From assembly GCA_038208905.1 (NCBI GenBank), contig JBBQYG010000016.1, forward strand, positions 1-38,986: a stretch of 38,986 nucleotides of DNA. Direction: 5' to 3'. This DNA comes from Candidatus Sumerlaeia bacterium. Lineage in GTDB: Bacteria; Sumerlaeota; Sumerlaeia; SLMS01. Each line of letters starts with the position of its first letter. Positions within the stretch are counted from its first letter, which is position 1. Under the pieces are notes generated by a model. It was not told the origin of the DNA. It saw only the letters and a program-made list of their open reading frames with translations, and ran no database searches. Below, piece by piece: positions 1-9,439 of this stretch. Position numbers and translations under genes: made by a program.

Positions 1-881
1 GGAAGGCCGTATCCCAGAAAGTCCAGCGCCGTCAGCCCAAAAATCCCCCCGATGATCGCAAAGGGAATCGTCGTGACCAGCGGCACCAGGCAATTGGGAA
101 GCAGATGGACAAACAGCACGCGGAAGTGCGATGCCCCCATGGCGCGCGCCGCCTGCACATACTCGCGCGCCTTCTCCCGATAGGCTTCCGTTCGCATGTA
201 ATAAGTGATGCCTATCCAATCGAAGGCGATGAATACGATTACCAGCAACGCGAAGCTCGGCTCGAAAATCGACGCCAGGAGGATGACCACGTACAGGAAG
301 GGAAGCGTGCTCCATATCTCGACAAAGCGCTGGCTGCCCATGTCGAACCAGCCGCCCAGATACCCCTGCATCAGCCCGATGCCCACACCGATAATCTTGC
401 TCCCGAGTACTACCACCAGGGCGAAGAAGATGGATATGCGGAAACCATACAGGAGGCGCGCCAGCACATCGCGTCCCGTGGAATCGGTGCCCAAAATATG
501 CCGACCATCGGGAGGATGCGGCGGCGGCGTATCATAGTGCGCGAGGTCGTTCTCGATCGGATCGAACGGAATCGGTGGCATCAGCACCCAGTTCTCGGTC
601 CCCGCGAATTCTTGCTTTAATCGGCGGTAGTCCGCCTCGTCCTCGTCCCCAAACTCGTTGGATTGGCCAAACGCCGACATGGGCATGAACCGATAGGCGG
701 GGAAGTACCACGATCCATTGTAGGAAACCATGATGGGGCGGCTGTTTGCGATCAACTCGCAGAAGAGCGAAAGGATCGTCGCCGTCGCCAGAATCAACAG
801 GGCATACCACCCGCGCTTGATGGCGCGGAACCGCGCGAAGCGCTTGCGCGTGACGGGGTCCAGGCGAAGGAGCGTGAGCAT
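1..881 (-). CDS. Oligopeptide/microcin C ABC transporter permease, YejE/DppC-like (3' end runs off the window)
   Basis: Translated by hand from ATG 881: MLTLLRLDPVTRKRFARFRAIKRGWYALL...ELIANSRPIMVSYNGSWYFP; later EKAREYVQAARAMGA (EAA loop), HLLPN, LTALDFLGYG. Starts immediately after the stop of the upstream permease. Absent from the ORF track because it is truncated. Confidence 0.9.
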   Translation of the reverse strand, partial: MLTLLRLDPVTRKRFARFRAIKRGWYALLILATATILSLFCELIANSRPIMVSYNGSWYFPAYRFMPMSAFGQSNEFGDEDEADYRRLKQEFAGTENWVLMPPIPFDPIENDLAHYDTPPPHPPDGRHILGTDSTGRDVLARLLYGFRISIFFALVVVLGSKIIGVGIGLMQGYLGGWFDMGSQRFVEIWSTLPFLYVVILLASIFEPSFALLVIVFIAFDWIGITYYMRTEAYREKAREYVQAARAMGASHFRVLFVHLLPNCLVPLVTTIPFAIIGGIFGLTALDFLGYGL

Positions 882-1934
882 CTACTCGAACCGCACCCGG
901 GGATCGACGGCGGCCACGGCGACGTCTGAGATCAGATTCCCCGCCAGCAGCAGCAGCGCCCCGATCAGCGTAAGGCCCATCACCACGGGATAGTCGCGAT
1001 TCTGCACCATCTCCAAAAACAGAAGGCCGATCCCCTGGATGTTGAACACACGTTCCACCAGCACCGAACCCGTCAGCAGGATGCCCGTCAGGCCACCGAT
1101 TCCCGTCGCGATGGGGATCAGCGAATTGCGCAGCGCGTGAACAAAGACCGCGCGCCGCCAGGTGATTCCATTCGCCAGCGCCGTCCTCACATAGTCGGCG
1201 CTCATATTCTCGATCAGGCTGTTCTTCATCAGCATCGTGGTGAACGCCAGACTTCCCACCATGTAGCAAATCAGCGGAAGCACCGAATGCCACACGATGT
1301 CGCCTGCCTTGGCCAGGGCCCCGAGGTCCGCGAAATTCTCCGACCGGATGCCCCCCAACGGAAAGACATCGTACTTCACCGAGAGGAAAGTGAGAAGTAC
1401 AGATCCCAGCGCGAAGTTTGGCACCGCGTATCCCACGAAGATCAGGATCGACGTTCCGTTGTCTATGATCGTGCGGTGGCGGATCGCCTTGACGATCCCC
1501 AGCGGGATGCAAATCGCATACATCAGAATCGTCGTCACCAGGCCATAGTAGATCGAAACAGGAAACCGCGCAGCGATGACCTTGATGACCTTTTCCGAGA
1601 GCCGGTGGGAGTCTCCAAGGTCGAGTCGCGCGAGCTTCCACAGATAGCGCCCGTAGCGCTCGAAGAATGGCCGATCGAGATCATAGTGCGCGCGGAGTTG
1701 CTTCAGATGCGCTTCAGTGATGTCGCCGCGCGAGGCCGTCCGCTGAACCCTCCCCGTGTTGACCTCTCCACCGCCCATCCCCTGCAACCGCATCCGCATC
1801 TGGTCGACGGGCCCACCCGGTACCAATTGGCACAGCAGGAATACGAAGAAGGTGACACCCAAGAGCGTTGGAATGAAGAGGCGCAGCCGCCTCAGCACGT
1901 ATCCCCCTATGCCTCTCTCTCGCACCGGCTTCAT
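882..1934 (-). CDS. Oligopeptide ABC transporter permease, YejB/DppB-like
   Basis: YVLRRLRLFIPTLLG...LVPGGPVDQ, DYVRTALANG, HALRNSLIP, LVERVFNIQGIG, NRDYPVVMG, DPRVRFE. Start uncertain; ATG 1934 chosen. Confidence 0.92.
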   Translation of the reverse strand: MKPVRERGIGGYVLRRLRLFIPTLLGVTFFVFLLCQLVPGGPVDQMRMRLQGMGGGEVNTGRVQRTASRGDITEAHLKQLRAHYDLDRPFFERYGRYLWKLARLDLGDSHRLSEKVIKVIAARFPVSIYYGLVTTILMYAICIPLGIVKAIRHRTIIDNGTSILIFVGYAVPNFALGSVLLTFLSVKYDVFPLGGIRSENFADLGALAKAGDIVWHSVLPLICYMVGSLAFTTMLMKNSLIENMSADYVRTALANGITWRRAVFVHALRNSLIPIATGIGGLTGILLTGSVLVERVFNIQGIGLLFLEMVQNRDYPVVMGLTLIGALLLLAGNLISDVAVAAVDPRVRFE

Positions 1935-2258
1935 GCGGGAGAGAAGACGTGCACACCCGATCACGCGCAACAGGTAACTATCCCCGTTTTCGGGCAGGGA
2001 ATTCCCGATTCTTGGACCGCGACCAAATGTGATTTTCGTCGCGGGACAGGTAATTGTTTCGATCAACCATCGGCACGCACCGGCTTCCTCCCCGATTCGG
2101 GCCGCACATGCCTTGGCTTGGACAGGCTCTTGCCGGCCGCAACTTAAGGGCGGTGCCGTCAACGTACTGAATCGCATAACGATACAAAGGTCTCGCCACC
2201 CACATGCGAAGTTCCGCCCCCGAGGAGGGCAACCTGCGCAACGGGGCCCACAGGTATC

Positions 2259-3801
2259 ATGTCACAAGCAACAATCGAAGCCTCCGACACCGTCCCCGCG
2301 CCACGGGATAACCCCGCCTCGATCCCGATCGAAGTTGCGATGGATACCCTCGATGTCCTCCGCATTGGGACGCAGGTCAGGGATCATTTGGGCATCGCGG
2401 CTGTTGACTGCCTGGGAGGGGCGTTCTTCTCCACGCATCGTGGCGCCCGCCGATGCAGAGGAGGCCCGCATCGCCTTCGCCGCCTGCACGGATGGGGATC
2501 ACAGTGTTAACATCGACCTTCGCCTCGGGACCGCGCGTGGCAACACTCGCTGGTATCGCGCGTGCCTCTCCACGGTAGCCTATTCGGAGGATCGACTCGT
2601 CGCCCGGGGGCACCTGTTCGACATCCAGGACATCAAGGAGTCCGAACGCAAGAGCCGCGCCCTCGGTCTCAAGCTCCTCGAATCCCAGCGCATGGAATCC
2701 ATCGGCCTCCTCGCCGGCGGGATCGCCCATGACTTCAACAACCTCCTCATGGCGATCCTTGGGAACGCCGGGCTGGCGATGATGGACGTCGATCCAGAAT
2801 CCTGCCCCTACCACGCGCTCAAGCAGATCGAACTCGCCGGTACCCGCGCCTGCGAGCTCACGAAGGAACTGCTCGCCTACTCCCCCTAGGCCAAGCTGGC
2901 CTTCCAGTTGGTGGACCTGTCAGACACCGTCCTGGAAATGACCGAGCTTCTCAAGAGCGTGATCAGCAAGAAGGCCGCGATCAAGTACCAGTTCGACACC
3001 ACCATCCCCCACGTCTCCGCCGATCCCACCCAGCTCCGCCAGGTGTTCATGAATCTGGTCACAAACGCATCCGACTCGCTTGAGGGGCGCGACGGCACCA
3101 TCGGCATCTCCACGGGCCAGACCTATCTGGACGCCGCGCTGCCGGGCGATTTCTATATGGCCGAGAATATCGTGCCTGGCCCCTACGTGTACTTTCAAGT
3201 GGACGACACGGGTTGCGGAATCGACGACGCCACTCGCCGACGCATCTTCGAACCCTTCTTCACCACCAAGTCCAAGGGGCGCGGCCTCGGCCTGGCCGCC
3301 CTACTTGGCATCGTGAAGGCTCATCGCGGCGCCCTTCACCTGCGCACGGCCCCGGGACGCGGCGCCACGTTCACCGTTTATCTGCCCCTCAACACCGCAA
3401 GGGCGGCGCCCGACCGTCACGACCAGCAGACGCTCCAGCGCAACGCATGGAGCGGACTCGTTCTGGTAATGGACGACGAGGAGGCCGTGCTTAGCGTCGC
3501 CCGCGGCACGCTGGAGCGCATGGGCTTCACCGTGCCCGACGGTACTGCGGGATTGAGGATTTTCGCGGAGCGGCAGGACGACCTTCGCCTGATCGTCCTC
3601 GACGTGATGATGCCCGGGCTGCGGGGCCAGCAGGTTTACCGCGCCGTCGTCGAGTCCAAGCCCGACATCCACGTGCTCTTCTCCAGCGGCTACCACGACC
3701 TCGACGGCCACGAGCAACGCACGCTCCGAACAGACTTCATCCAAAAGCCCTACCGGCCCGCGGACTTACAGCGGAACCTGGCGGAGCTGCTGGCGCGGTG
3801 A
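2259..3801 (+). pseudogene. Degraded PAS-histidine kinase-receiver hybrid (CckA/NtrB-like)
   Basis: H-box LAGGIAHDFNNLL, N-box QLRQVFMNLVTNA, G boxes DDTGCGI and FFTTKSKGRGLGL, receiver VMDDEE...LDVMMP...FIQKPY. Lesions: apparent extra base near 2433 in the PAS region, in-frame TAG 2887-2889, apparent short deletion in the receiver (GFTVPDG). Confidence 0.8.
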
Positions 3802-3811
3802 GGGCATTCGC

Positions 3812-6800
3812 TCAATGCAGCATCCACAACTGCCCCCGAATCAGCGAGCCCGCCGTGTTTGCGCCGCCGAACGTCGGCCCGTTGGCGTCCACCCCGCTCT
3901 CCGCGTTCCAGTCCGCGGAGTCATCGGTGTCGGTGCTGACGGAATTTCGCGCGAGGCTGTGCCCGACGCTTAGCGAGGCGGACCCCGCGATGGTGCCAGT
4001 GAACTCCGTACCATAGACATCGACGACGCTGTCGTCGGCGGCGGAATCCAGGATGCTGCGCCACGCAACCAGATCGTGAGCCGCGCCGAACCCATCAACC
4101 AGCGCCACCGCGCCGCCGCGAGTCTCGTCCCACGGGATGTTCATGCCGATGCGGATGTTCGCGGATATCTGGGGACTTTGCGGAGGATTCGCGCCGCCCT
4201 CGTCGGAAAGGACCAGATAGCCCCCCGCCGCAATCATCGTGGCGGCCGGGAATACGTAGTCGGCGGTCACTCCCGCCGAGTCTGAAATCCTCAACGCCCA
4301 ACCGCCGATATCGACCTGCTGAGCGTTGGGATTGTGTAGCTCGACCAAATCCGTCGCGCCCGTATACACCTCGTTGATCAGGACTTTGGGGAGTGTCGGC
4401 AGCAAGGCAAGCCCCTCGAAGACTTGCGCGTTCGGCTCGGTGCCAAAGGCGTTGTTGGCGTTCTCCGGCAGCGTGTTGGGGCTTGCATAGCCGCTATCGC
4501 CAGCGGTGGCTGCGGCCAGTCGAATTCCCGAGAGCGCAGGCGAGCCAAGCTGGCGGAGTGGAAGGGCGATCTCGAACGTGTTCCCGCCCGCGATGGTGGT
4601 TCCCAGAGCCGCAGGGATTGGGCCCGTGCTTGCATCGTAGGCTACCGCAATTCCCGGCTGGAACGCGAAGGCATCGGGCGCCCCCGGCAGCAGATCGGAA
4701 CCAAAGGAGTATCCGTAAGTTGTGCCTGGCGCAGTCATTCCCACCGCGAGATCGATGCCGTTGCCGGCTGTGATCAGTTCGGTCGAGAGCGAGAAGGCCG
4801 CGCGGCTGATGTCGCCACGCAGGCCGTCGGATTCGTCATTGAGCTGGGTGCCCATATTCGTCACGCCCTGTGCGGATCCACTGTTGGTATCCACATAGAG
4901 GATGCTCACGTTGTCGGTATTCGAGTTGTCGGCGCCGAAGAACTCGCCTCGGAGCGCCACGTAAAGCGTAGAGCCACGGAGTGCCGCGCGCAGTTCGGTC
5001 AATGTTCCATCCGCGCCGAAGTCCGCCGGATTTGTGTCCCCTGTTGGTCCGTCTGCGGGGGACACGGCGAGGATGGAACCAGCGTTCAGAATGTCCTCCG
5101 CATTGCCATCGATGGTCAGCGGCGGAAGCGTCGGCAGATTCGGAATTCCCGTGACCGTCCAGCTCGCGTTCGCCTCGCTTGTGATTCCCGTGCCGCCGCG
5201 ACCTGTCGAGGCGATCACGCGAACTGGGAACGTGCCATTGAACAGCGAGAGCGCCCCCGGGGGCAGCACATCCACGGTGGCATAGCTGGCCGTCCGGCGC
5301 GTCGCGCCAAACGGGCCCGCCGCGGCATTCTCGATGGTCGCCAGAGGGATCGCGTCTCCGTCCACGTCGATGAAGATGCGTGCATACGCCGTCAAGCCGT
5401 CGTTGAAAAGGCCCTGTACCGTAAGCTCGGACGGATTGTTGACCGTGTCGTTCCCCGACGCCGGCCTGGTGATCGTGATCGATGGCCCGGGCGTGTTGGC
5501 GGCAACGGTCGTCGAGGCGATCGCGGAATTGGGTTCCTCGCTTCCGTCGATCAGCGCCGCCGTCGCCGTGAAAACATGGGATCCGGTGGAATAGCCCCGC
5601 CACACGAAGCGGAACTCGTCGTATTCGTCGCCGAAAGCCTGATCGTTCTGCACAAGCCGCTCTACCGGCGGCAGCAGTCCCGCATTGAACGGCACTGCCA
5701 CAATCGGCGCCCCGTCATCCACGCGCAGGTCCAGGGTGAAGTCCGCGGGAAAGGAGATATTGCGGCCAAGCCCGTCGATGTTTTGCGTGCGGACTCGAAT
5801 CACAATCTCGTTCTGGAGGGCTGGCGCGTTGATTGTTCCGGGCAGTCCCTGAAAGTTCGCGCCTCCGGGAGTATTGTCGATATCCACGCCGATAAGGACC
5901 TCCGGGCGCGGCACATTCACGTCAATGTTGCCATAGCGAACGATGGAGTAGTTCCCCGACTCCTCGAAGGCCACCACCGTCAGTTCGAGCGTCCCCGGCT
6001 GAAGGTCCGTCAGAACCGAGCGCCACTCGAGGCGGTCGTGCCGCCGCGCGCGGTTTGCGTCGGAGACGAGCGCAAGCACCTGCTCGTCGGTCAGCGCCAC
6101 GGAAATGTTCCGGAGCACGTGGAGCGCATTGACCGTGTGATCCACGGAGAACACCGCCTCGTAGTCCTTGCTGCTGATGTCGGCATTGCCCGACTGGCCT
6201 GGGAACAGCATCGCCTGCTGAGGGGGGAGCCTGTCCAGATACACCACTTCCCGCGCGTTGGAGAAGATCGGCTGGTTGCCCCCGGCGCGCTGGAGGAATG
6301 CGGCGGTCTGGATATATGTATATCCCTCTTTCAGCCCCGTCGCGTCGATGGATGCAGTATAGACGCGACTCGCCGTGGTTGAGCCCGCGGGCCTGCCCGT
6401 CTCGGGGAACTGCTCGAATCCGGCAAACAGCCCCGCGGCATTGCGGTTCCCATCGCCGTCGATGTCCAGCTCGCCGAAGTTCACCTTGATCAATGCATTG
6501 TCATTGGGGCTGGCGGCGCTGGCGGCCACCGTCAGGCTCACGGCGATGGTCTCCGCGGTCACGATGCGCAGCGGGGTCAGGCGCCGGGTGCCTTCCGCGC
6601 GGCCATCCGCCGGATCGGGACCGATCGTGGACTCCGCGTTGACGATGTTCAGCGTCGATGCCGGCGCCGCGGGCCCATAAACCACAAAGCCGCGACCATG
6701 ATACGCGGCGGTCGAGGCGTTGCGCGGCACGCGGATCGAAACCCGCCCGTTTCCATCTACGGTGACCGTGTCGGGGATGCTTACGCCATCGGGGTCCACA

Positions 6801-8284
6801 TCCGCGCGCGTGGCGTTGCCGGTCAGTTCGGTCAGCACCGTGCCGGCGGGAAACCCAGTCTGCACATTGCGCTCGTCGAAGCCGTTGTCCTTGCGATCGC
6901 TGATGGCGACAATTGCCTGGCTCGTGCGCTCATAGATATAGATGTCCCCGTCGATCCATCGCGTCTGATGGCCGTTGCGGATATACTCGCGGTTGACGCG
7001 AACGAGGCGGGTGATCAGGTCGGAACCGAAATTTCCGAGCGCGTCGCCGCGGCCCCCCTTGGGAAAGTCGCGGTTGGTGCCGAACTCCTGCGAATTGTAA
7101 TAAACGAGGGGAAAACCGGTCCGCGTCAGCACATGGGCTTCCGCGATATTGCCGAGGCCGGAGAAGGCGCCGGCCCCGAACTTGTCGTGGCTCGCGCTGA
7201 ACATCACGCCAAGGCTGCCGTCGTTGGGGGTGCCATCCGCGCCGTCGAAACTCGCGAGCTCCAGGTTCCGCATGTCGCCGAATCCGCCCGCGTCCAGCAC
7301 GCCCTGCATCGCGAAGTAGAGCGGAAAGTCCAGCGAGTCGCGGTTCCCGAAGCCATCCTTGCGAGTATATGCGCTCAGCACGCCAAAGTCGCCGGTGAAC
7401 GCCTCGCCAAAGCTGAACGGTGTGTAGCGGGATCCGTCGATGGGGTTCTTCCCCGAGTTGAAAAGCGCAGCGTCGTAGAAATCCGCGAAGAACCACGTCG
7501 GGATATGCTTCGTGGCATCGAGGCGGAATCCATCGACCCCGTGTACCTCCACCATCCATTGCATATAGCGGGTGAGTAGGCCCGTGGCGTTTTCCTGCGT
7601 GGGATCGCCCGCCTGGGGATTGGCAATGTTATAGGGGAACCGGCCAAACTCCGCAGGCAGATCACGGTCCGGATACAAAGCGCGGTTGGACTCGCGCGGC
7701 GTCTCGTTTGGGATCGGATTCTCGCCGCCGGGAACCGGGTGGCGCGTGAAGATGTTATTCTTGTTCTGCGCAATGTCGATCAGGCCGGCAAGGCGGCCGT
7801 TCAGGTCGCCTCCCTCGAAGGAGCCGTGAAAGTCGCCGTCGACATCGCCGGGGAGCCGCGTCACGAATCCGGGATAGCCGCCATTCGCCTCGAAGCCAGT
7901 CGTGGACCCGTCGCGGAATCCGTTATGGTTCAGGACCGCGTCGATATACAGGCTCATCCCAGCGCGGTCCATCTCGGTCGAGAGCGCCCTGAAGCCATTT
8001 GTTGTCCCAAAGAGCGTGCGCTGGAACGGGCTGCCGAGATTGAAGCGGTCAAAGACATCGTAACCCACGGAGAAACCGCCGGAGTCGGCGAGACCGGGCG
8101 GAGGCACCCAGATTCCCATGTATCCCGCCGCGAACACGTCGGGCATGCGGCGCTCGATGGTTTCCCAGCTTCCCTCGAACCACTGAAGGAGCACATCGGC
8201 ACGCAGCGTTGCCGGTGCAAGGGTCGCGCAAACCGCCGCGCCTATTGCCACCATCCGTGCAAGAATATCCGTTCGCTTCTTCAT
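3812..8284 (-). CDS. Secreted multidomain GH13 alpha-amylase-family protein with beta-sandwich modules and C-terminal lamin-tail domain (1490 aa)
   Basis: Signal peptide; GH13 motifs GYDVFDRFNLG, DAVLNH, VDGFRLDATKHI (nucleophile), GEAF, SHD; LTD-like LINEVY...VELHNP...VDIGGWAL; RBS GAGGAG upstream. Confidence 0.9.
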   Translation of the reverse strand: MKKRTDILARMVAIGAAVCATLAPATLRADVLLQWFEGSWETIERRMPDVFAAGYMGIWVPPPGLADSGGFSVGYDVFDRFNLGSPFQRTLFGTTNGFRALSTEMDRAGMSLYIDAVLNHNGFRDGSTTGFEANGGYPGFVTRLPGDVDGDFHGSFEGGDLNGRLAGLIDIAQNKNNIFTRHPVPGGENPIPNETPRESNRALYPDRDLPAEFGRFPYNIANPQAGDPTQENATGLLTRYMQWMVEVHGVDGFRLDATKHIPTWFFADFYDAALFNSGKNPIDGSRYTPFSFGEAFTGDFGVLSAYTRKDGFGNRDSLDFPLYFAMQGVLDAGGFGDMRNLELASFDGADGTPNDGSLGVMFSASHDKFGAGAFSGLGNIAEAHVLTRTGFPLVYYNSQEFGTNRDFPKGGRGDALGNFGSDLITRLVRVNREYIRNGHQTRWIDGDIYIYERTSQAIVAISDRKDNGFDERNVQTGFPAGTVLTELTGNATRADVDPDGVSIPDTVTVDGNGRVSIRVPRNASTAAYHGRGFVVYGPAAPASTLNIVNAESTIGPDPADGRAEGTRRLTPLRIVTAETIAVSLTVAASAASPNDNALIKVNFGELDIDGDGNRNAAGLFAGFEQFPETGRPAGSTTASRVYTASIDATGLKEGYTYIQTAAFLQRAGGNQPIFSNAREVVYLDRLPPQQAMLFPGQSGNADISSKDYEAVFSVDHTVNALHVLRNISVALTDEQVLALVSDANRARRHDRLEWRSVLTDLQPGTLELTVVAFEESGNYSIVRYGNIDVNVPRPEVLIGVDIDNTPGGANFQGLPGTINAPALQNEIVIRVRTQNIDGLGRNISFPADFTLDLRVDDGAPIVAVPFNAGLLPPVERLVQNDQAFGDEYDEFRFVWRGYSTGSHVFTATAALIDGSEEPNSAIASTTVAANTPGPSITITRPASGNDTVNNPSELTVQGLFNDGLTAYARIFIDVDGDAIPLATIENAAAGPFGATRRTASYATVDVLPPGALSLFNGTFPVRVIASTGRGGTGITSEANASWTVTGIPNLPTLPPLTIDGNAEDILNAGSILAVSPADGPTGDTNPADFGADGTLTELRAALRGSTLYVALRGEFFGADNSNTDNVSILYVDTNSGSAQGVTNMGTQLNDESDGLRGDISRAAFSLSTELITAGNGIDLAVGMTAPGTTYGYSFGSDLLPGAPDAFAFQPGIAVAYDASTGPIPAALGTTIAGGNTFEIALPLRQLGSPALSGIRLAAATAGDSGYASPNTLPENANNAFGTEPNAQVFEGLALLPTLPKVLINEVYTGATDLVELHNPNAQQVDIGGWALRISDSAGVTADYVFPAATMIAAGGYLVLSDEGGANPPQSPQISANIRIGMNIPWDETRGGAVALVDGFGAAHDLVAWRSILDSAADDSVVDVYGTEFTGTIAGSASLSVGHSLARNSVSTDTDDSADWNAESGVDANGPTFGGANTAGSLIRGQLWMLH

Positions 8285-8370
8285 GGGGTCTCCTCGATTG
8301 GAAAGGCGGAATAATCAGGGCATGGGAGCATGGCGACTCCACCCGCGACGCTCCACGCGAGAGACAACTG

Positions 8371-8390
8371 TGCAAATGTTTGCATGTCAA
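8371..8390 (-). promoter_or_regulatory. LacI/GalR-type palindromic operator abutting a TTGACA -35 element upstream of the amylase gene
   Basis: TGCAAA-TG-TTTGCA at 8371-8384 resembles TGNAANCGNTTNCA; TGTCAA at 8385-8390 reads TTGACA on the minus strand; -10 box weak. Confidence 0.6.
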
Positions 8391-8450
8391 CGGGGATCGA
8401 ACCGCACCACTGCACCCCCGTGCAAAAGGGGCGCGCTTGCACAGCCCGAG

Positions 8451-9335
8451 TTACATCCCGACGGGAAAGCTGTATCCGCTGGCTGCATCGTGGGGCCGGG
8501 GGATCACATGGACGCCAATCAGTTCGCCCACGCGGCGGGCCTCCGTGGCGCCCGCGTCGATGGAGGCCTTCACGGCGGCGATATCGCCCTTGAACACGCC
8601 CGTCACCAGGGCAGAGCCGACCTTCTGATAGCCAAGGCACCGGGTGCGCGCAGCCTTTACGGCGGCGTCGCTTCCGGCGATCAGCGCGGCAAATCCCTTG
8701 GTCTCGATGAAACCCAGTGCGTCGCCGTCGATCTCGTCGTCCTTGGCCCCCTTTGCCGGGGTGGCGATTGGGCCGATCGGCAGGGGCTTGGCAAGGCTGC
8801 GATGGGGCGCGGGAATCACGTGGGAGGCGATCACCTTGCCCAGCCGCGCGGCGCTGGCGGTGCCCGCGTCAACCGACGCCTTAACCGCGGCCACGTCTCC
8901 GCGAAACAGGACGATCGCATAGCCGACGCCAATCCACAGCCTCTGAACGATCTCGATCTGGGCCGCCTTCGCGGCGGCGTCCGCCGCCTCGATCAGGGGG
9001 ACGAATCCAATCACCTCGATCATCCCAAGCGCATTGTAGGAGGCATCCAATTCCTTCGGGGAGCCATCCTTCAGCACGCGGTCAACCGCCTGCTCGTGCA
9101 GGTTGGGAATCACATGGGCCGAGATCACTTCGCCCACGCGGCGCCCCGCGGCGGCGCCCGCATCCACGCTCGCCTTCACAGCACCCACGTCGCCCGTGAT
9201 GATCGTCGTCACATACCCGCCGTTGATGTCCACGCGGCGCACGAAGTCAACCGACGCCGCCTTGTTCATGGCGTCGGTGGCTTCCACGCCTCCGGTGAAT
9301 CCACGGGTCTCGACGAAACCATAGGCTCTTGCCAT
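8451..9335 (-). CDS. Bacterial microcompartment shell protein with three tandem BMC (PF00936-like) domains (294 aa)
   Basis: Three repeats: AYGFVETRG..DAMNKAA..GDVGAVKASVDAG..HVIPNLH; ALGMIEVIG..DAAAKAA..GDVAAVKASVDAG..HVIPAPH; ALGFIETKG..DAAVKAA..GDIAAVKASIDAG..HVIPRPH. ATG 9335 with RBS GAGGAG at 9342-9347. Confidence 0.95.
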   Translation of the reverse strand: MARAYGFVETRGFTGGVEATDAMNKAASVDFVRRVDINGGYVTTIITGDVGAVKASVDAGAAAGRRVGEVISAHVIPNLHEQAVDRVLKDGSPKELDASYNALGMIEVIGFVPLIEAADAAAKAAQIEIVQRLWIGVGYAIVLFRGDVAAVKASVDAGTASAARLGKVIASHVIPAPHRSLAKPLPIGPIATPAKGAKDDEIDGDALGFIETKGFAALIAGSDAAVKAARTRCLGYQKVGSALVTGVFKGDIAAVKASIDAGATEARRVGELIGVHVIPRPHDAASGYSFPVGM

Positions 9336-9439
9336 GGGGCTCTCCTCGGGGGCGGCGCGTTGGGGGGCGCTGCGGTGAATGGTGCGCTTCTCGAACGACA
9401 CGCAAGCAACGACACAGGGGGCGAGGGTCTCAAGGAAAA

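Noticed and set aside
4424-6382. Long antisense or alternative-frame ORFs (e.g. 4424-6382, 8283-9452, 27365-28894, 30706-32166)
   Set aside because: Shadow ORFs expected in high-GC DNA opposite well-supported genes; Arg-rich with no motifs.
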